From contig OZ024741.1 of NCBI GenBank assembly GCA_964016885.1, positions 3,286,001 through 3,350,000 on the forward strand: a DNA stretch of 64,000 nt, read 5' to 3'. The translations under genes and the position numbers were made by a program. A model generated the notes under the pieces. It was not told the origin of the DNA and ran no database searches. It saw only the letters and a list, made by a program, of their open reading frames with translations. The stretch is from Eledone cirrhosa. Taxonomy: Eukaryota. This document shows, piece after piece, positions 59,501-64,000 of the stretch. Every line of letters starts with the position of its first letter. Positions within the stretch are counted from its first letter, which is position 1.

Positions 59501-62500
59501 CATAACAACTACAGCAATATAGAGAGACATAACAACTGCAACAATATAGAGAGACAACATAACAACGACAGCAATATAGGGAGCCATAACAAATAAAGCA
59601 ATATAGAAAGACATAACAACTACAGCAATATAGAGAGACATAACAACTACAGCAATATAGAGATAACAACTACAGCAATATAGAGAGACATAACAACTAC
59701 AGCAATATAGAGATACATGACAACTACAGGAATATAGAGAGATAACAACTACAGCAATATAGAGAGACAACATAACAACTACTGCAATATAGAGAGACAT
59801 AACAACTACAGCAATATAGAAAGACATAACAAGTACAGCAATATAGAGAGACATAACAACTACAGGAATATAGAGAGATAACAACTACAGCAATATAGAG
59901 ACACATAACAACTACAGCAATATAAAGGTACAACGTAACTACTACAGCAATATAGAGAGACATAACAACTGCAGCAATATAGCGAGACAACATAACAACT
60001 ACAGCAATATAGAGAGACATAACAACTACAGCAATATAGTGAGCCATAACAACTACAGCAATATAGAGACATAACAACTACAGCAATATAGAGAGACAAC
60101 ATAACAACTCCAGCAATATAGAGAGACATAACAAATACAGCAATATAGAGATAACAACTACAGCAATATAGAGAGACATAACAACTACAGCAATATAGTG
60201 AGCCATAATAACTACAGCAATATAGAGAGACAATATAAAAACTCCAGCAATATAGAGAGACATAACAACTACAGCAATATAGAGAGACAACATAACAACT
60301 ACAGCAATATAGAGACATAACAACTACAGCAATATAGAGAGACAACATAACAACTACAGCAATATAGAGAGACAACAACTACAGCAACATAGAGACATAA
60401 CAACTACACCAATATAGAGAGACAACATAACAAATACAGCAATATAGAGAGACATAACAAATACAGCAATATAGAGATAACAACTACAGCAATATAGAGA
60501 GACATAACAACTACAGCAATATAGAGAGACAACATAACAACTACAGCAATATAGAGAGACAACAACTACAGCAACATAGAGTCATAACAAATACAGCAAT
60601 ATAGAAAGACATAACAACTACAGCAATATAGAGAGACATAACAAATACAGCAATATAGAGATAACAACTACAGCAATATAGAGAGACATAACAACTACAG
60701 CAATATAGAGAGACAACATAACAACTACAGCAATATCGAGACATAACAACTACAGCAATATAGAAAGACATAACAACTACGGCAATATAGAGAGACATAA
60801 CAACTACAGCAATATAGAGAGATAACAACTACAGCAATATAGAGAGACATAACAACTGCAGCAATATAGAGAGACAACATAACAACTACAGCAATATAGA
60901 GAGACATAACAACTACAGCAATATAGTGAGCCATAACAACTACAGCAATTTAGAGACATAACAACTACAGCAATATAGAGAGACAACATAACAACTCCAG
61001 CAATATAGAGAGCCATAACAACTACAGCAATATAGAGACATAACAACTACACCAATATAGAGAGACAACATAATAACTACAGCAATGTAGAAGGACATAA
61101 CAACTACAGCAATATAGACAGACATAACAACTACAGCAATATAGAGACATAACAACTACAGCAATATAGAGAGACATAACAACTGCAGCAATATAGAGAG
61201 ACAACATAACAACGACAGAAATATAGGGAGTCATAACAAATACAGCAATAGAGAAAGACATAACAACTACAGCAATATAGAGAGACATAACAAATACAGC
61301 AATATAGAGATAACAACTACAGCAATATAGAGAGACATAACAACTACAGCAATATAGTGAGCCATAATAACTACAGCAATATAGAGACATAACAACATAA
61401 CAACTCCAGCAATATAGAGAGACATAACAACTACAGCAATATAGAGACATAACAAATACAGCAATATAGAGACATAACAACTAGAGCAATATAGAGAGAC
61501 AACATAACAACTACAGCAATATAGAGAGACATAACAACTACAGCAATATAGAGAGACATAACAACTACAGCAATATAGAGAGACATAACAACTACACCAA
61601 CATAAAGAGACAACATAACAACTACAGCAATATAGAGAGACATAACAACTACAGCAATATAGAGACATAACAACTACAGCAATATAGAGAGACAATATAA
61701 CAACTACAGTAATATTGAGAGACATAACAACTGCAGCAATATAGAGACATAACAACTACAGCAATATAGAGACATAACAACTACAGCAATATAGAGACAT
61801 ATCACCTACAGCAATATAGAGAGACATAACAACTGCAGCAATATAGAGAGACAACATAACAACGACAGAAATATAGGGAGTCATAACAAATACAGCAATA
61901 TAGAAAGACATAACAACTACAGCAATATAGAGAGACATAACAAATACAGCAATATAGAGATAACAACTACAGCAATATAGAGAGACATAACAACTACAGC
62001 AATATAGAGAGACAACATAACAACTACAGCAATATAGAGACATAACAACTACAGCAATATAGAAAGACATAACAACTACGGCAATATAGAGAGACATAAC
62101 AACTACAGCAATATAGAGAGATAACAACTACAGCAATATAGAGATACAACATAACAACTACAGCAATATAGAGACATAAAAAACTACAGCAATATAGAGA
62201 GACATAACAACTACAGCAATATAGAGACATATCAACTACAGCAATATAGAGAGACATAACAACTGCAGCAATATAGAGAGACAACATAACAACGACAGCA
62301 ATATAGGGAGACATAACAAATACAGCAATATAGATAGACATAACAACTGCAGCAATATTGAGAGACAAAATAACAACTACAACAATATAGAGAGACATAA
62401 CAACTACAGCAATATAGAGAGACATAACAACTACAGCAATATAGATTCATAACAAGTACAGCAATATAGAGAGACATAACGACAACAGCAATATAGAAAG

Positions 62501-63200
62501 ACATAACAACTACAGCAATATAGAGAGACATAACAAATACAGCAATATAGAGATAACAACTACAGCAATATAGAGACATAACAACTACAGCAATATAGAG
62601 AGACAACATAACAACTACAGCAATATAGAGACATAACAACTACAGCAATATAGAAAGACATAACAACTACGGCAATATAGAGAGACATAACAACTACAGC
62701 AATATAGAGAGATAACAACTACAGCAATATAGAGATACAACATAACAACTACAGCAATATAGAGACATAAAAAACTACAGCAATATAGAGAGACATAACA
62801 ACTACAGCAATATAGAGACATATCAACTACAGCAATATAGAGAGACATAACAACTGCAGCAATATAGAGAGACAACATAACAACGACAGCAATATAGGGA
62901 GACATAACAAATACAGCAATATAGAAAGACATAACAACTACAGCAATATAGAGATAACAACTACAGCAATATAGAGAGACATAACAACTACAGCAATATA
63001 GAGAGACGTAACAACTACAGGAATATAGAGAGATAACAACTACAGCAATATAGAGAGACAACATAACAACTACAGCAATATAGAGAGACATAACAACTAC
63101 AGCAATATAGAAAGACATAACAACTACAGCAATATAAAGGGACATAACAACTACAGGAATATAGAGAGATAACAACTACAGCAATATAGAGACACATAAC
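40785..63200 (+). repeat. ~10-12 kb super-unit present twice (approx. 40.8-53.0 kb and 53.0-63.2 kb)
   Basis: Colinear ORF pairs have offsets stepping down 12255 (40928/53183, 43810/56065), 11421 (48008/59429), 10212 (50810/61022) and 10132 (52483/62615). Confidence 0.85.
48680..51100 (+). repeat. 1209-bp tandem duplication (2 copies)
   Basis: ORF pairs are 49120/50329, 49383/50592 and 49519/50728. The marker AATGTAGAAGG occurs in both copies. Confidence 0.88.
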
Positions 63201-64000
63201 AACTACAGCAATATAAAGGGACAAGATAACTACTACAGCAATATAGATAGACATAACAACTGCAGCAATATTGAGAGACAAAATAACAACTACAACAATA
63301 TAGAGAGACATAACAACTACAGCAATATAGAGAGACATAACAACTACAGCAATATAGATTCATAACAAGTACAGCAATATAGAGAGACATAACGACAACA
63401 GCAATATAGAGAGACATAACAACTACAGCAATATAGAGATAACAACTACAGCAATATAGAGAGACATAACAACTACAGCAATATAGAGAGACATGACAAC
63501 TACAGGAATATAAAGTGATAACAACTACAGCAATATAGAGACACATAACAACTACAGCAATATAAAGGGACAACGTAACTACTACAGCAATATAGAGAGA
63601 CATAACAACTGCAGCAATATAGCGAGACAACATAACAACTACAGCAATATAGAGAGACATAACAACTACAGCAATATAGTGAGCCATAACAACTACAGCA
63701 ATATAGAGACATAACAACTACAGCAATATAGAGAGACAACATAACAACTCCAGCAATATAGAGAGACATAACAACTACAGCAATATAGAGACATAACAAC
63801 TACACCAATATAGAGAGACAACATAATAACTACAGCAATATAGAGAGACATAACAACTACAGCAATATAGAGAGACATAACAACTACAGCAATATAGAGA
63901 CATAACAACTACAGCAATATAGAGAGACATAACAACTGCAGCAATATAGAGAGACAACATAACAACGACAGAAATATAGGGAGTCATAACAAATACAGCA

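Larger units (their letters stand above)
34983..64000 (+). repeat. Same satellite, segment 3
   Basis: Same monomer and orientation; it runs off the right edge of the window. Confidence 0.99.

Noticed and set aside
196-63987. Hundreds of minus-strand ORFs (MSLYIAVVV / YVSLYCCSC repeats) resembling hydrophobic or Cys-rich, keratin-associated or metallothionein-like proteins
   Set aside because: The 27- and 30-bp monomers are multiples of 3 and lack stops in two minus-strand frames. The 23/25-bp variants shift frame at random and overlapping ORFs occur in several frames. There is no sign of coding constraint.
1-64000. CRISPR-like array, since the repeat length is 25-30 bp
   Set aside because: Repeats are directly head-to-tail with no unique spacers, no leader and no cas genes, and the context is eukaryotic (LINE).
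1-64000. Telomeric repeat array, given the GT-rich minus strand and strong strand skew
   Set aside because: There are no TTAGGG/TTAGG-type units. Heterogeneous monomers with kb-scale duplications indicate recombinational satellite evolution, not telomerase synthesis.

Overview
This looks like eukaryotic heterochromatin-type DNA with no intact genes. About 97% of the window is one uninterrupted-orientation tandem satellite. The monomer consensus is ACATAACAACTACAGCAATATAGAGAG (27 bp), with common 23, 25 and 30 bp length variants. The array is organised as nested, irregular higher-order duplications from ~0.2 kb to ~12 kb, with a change in variant spectrum near 37 kb. The only non-satellite DNA is a 1028-bp, 5'-truncated RTE-clade non-LTR retrotransposon on the minus strand, present twice (28718-29745 and 33955-34982). 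One insertion was copied by a 5237-bp tandem duplication of the array. Empty pre-insertion versions of the same site survive at 12787 and 16922, which fixes a 4-bp target-site duplication (CAAT). The element's 3' UTR is highly structured, with three pseudoknot-like modules, hairpins, a G/C tract and a (TGA)n tail. Nearly all ORF-track entries are artefacts of the repeat. I found no protein-coding novel system. The best candidates for something undescribed are the LINE 3' UTR RNA architecture and the satellite/LINE higher-order structure. All comparisons were made by eye or from ORF-track offsets, so duplication boundaries are approximate.
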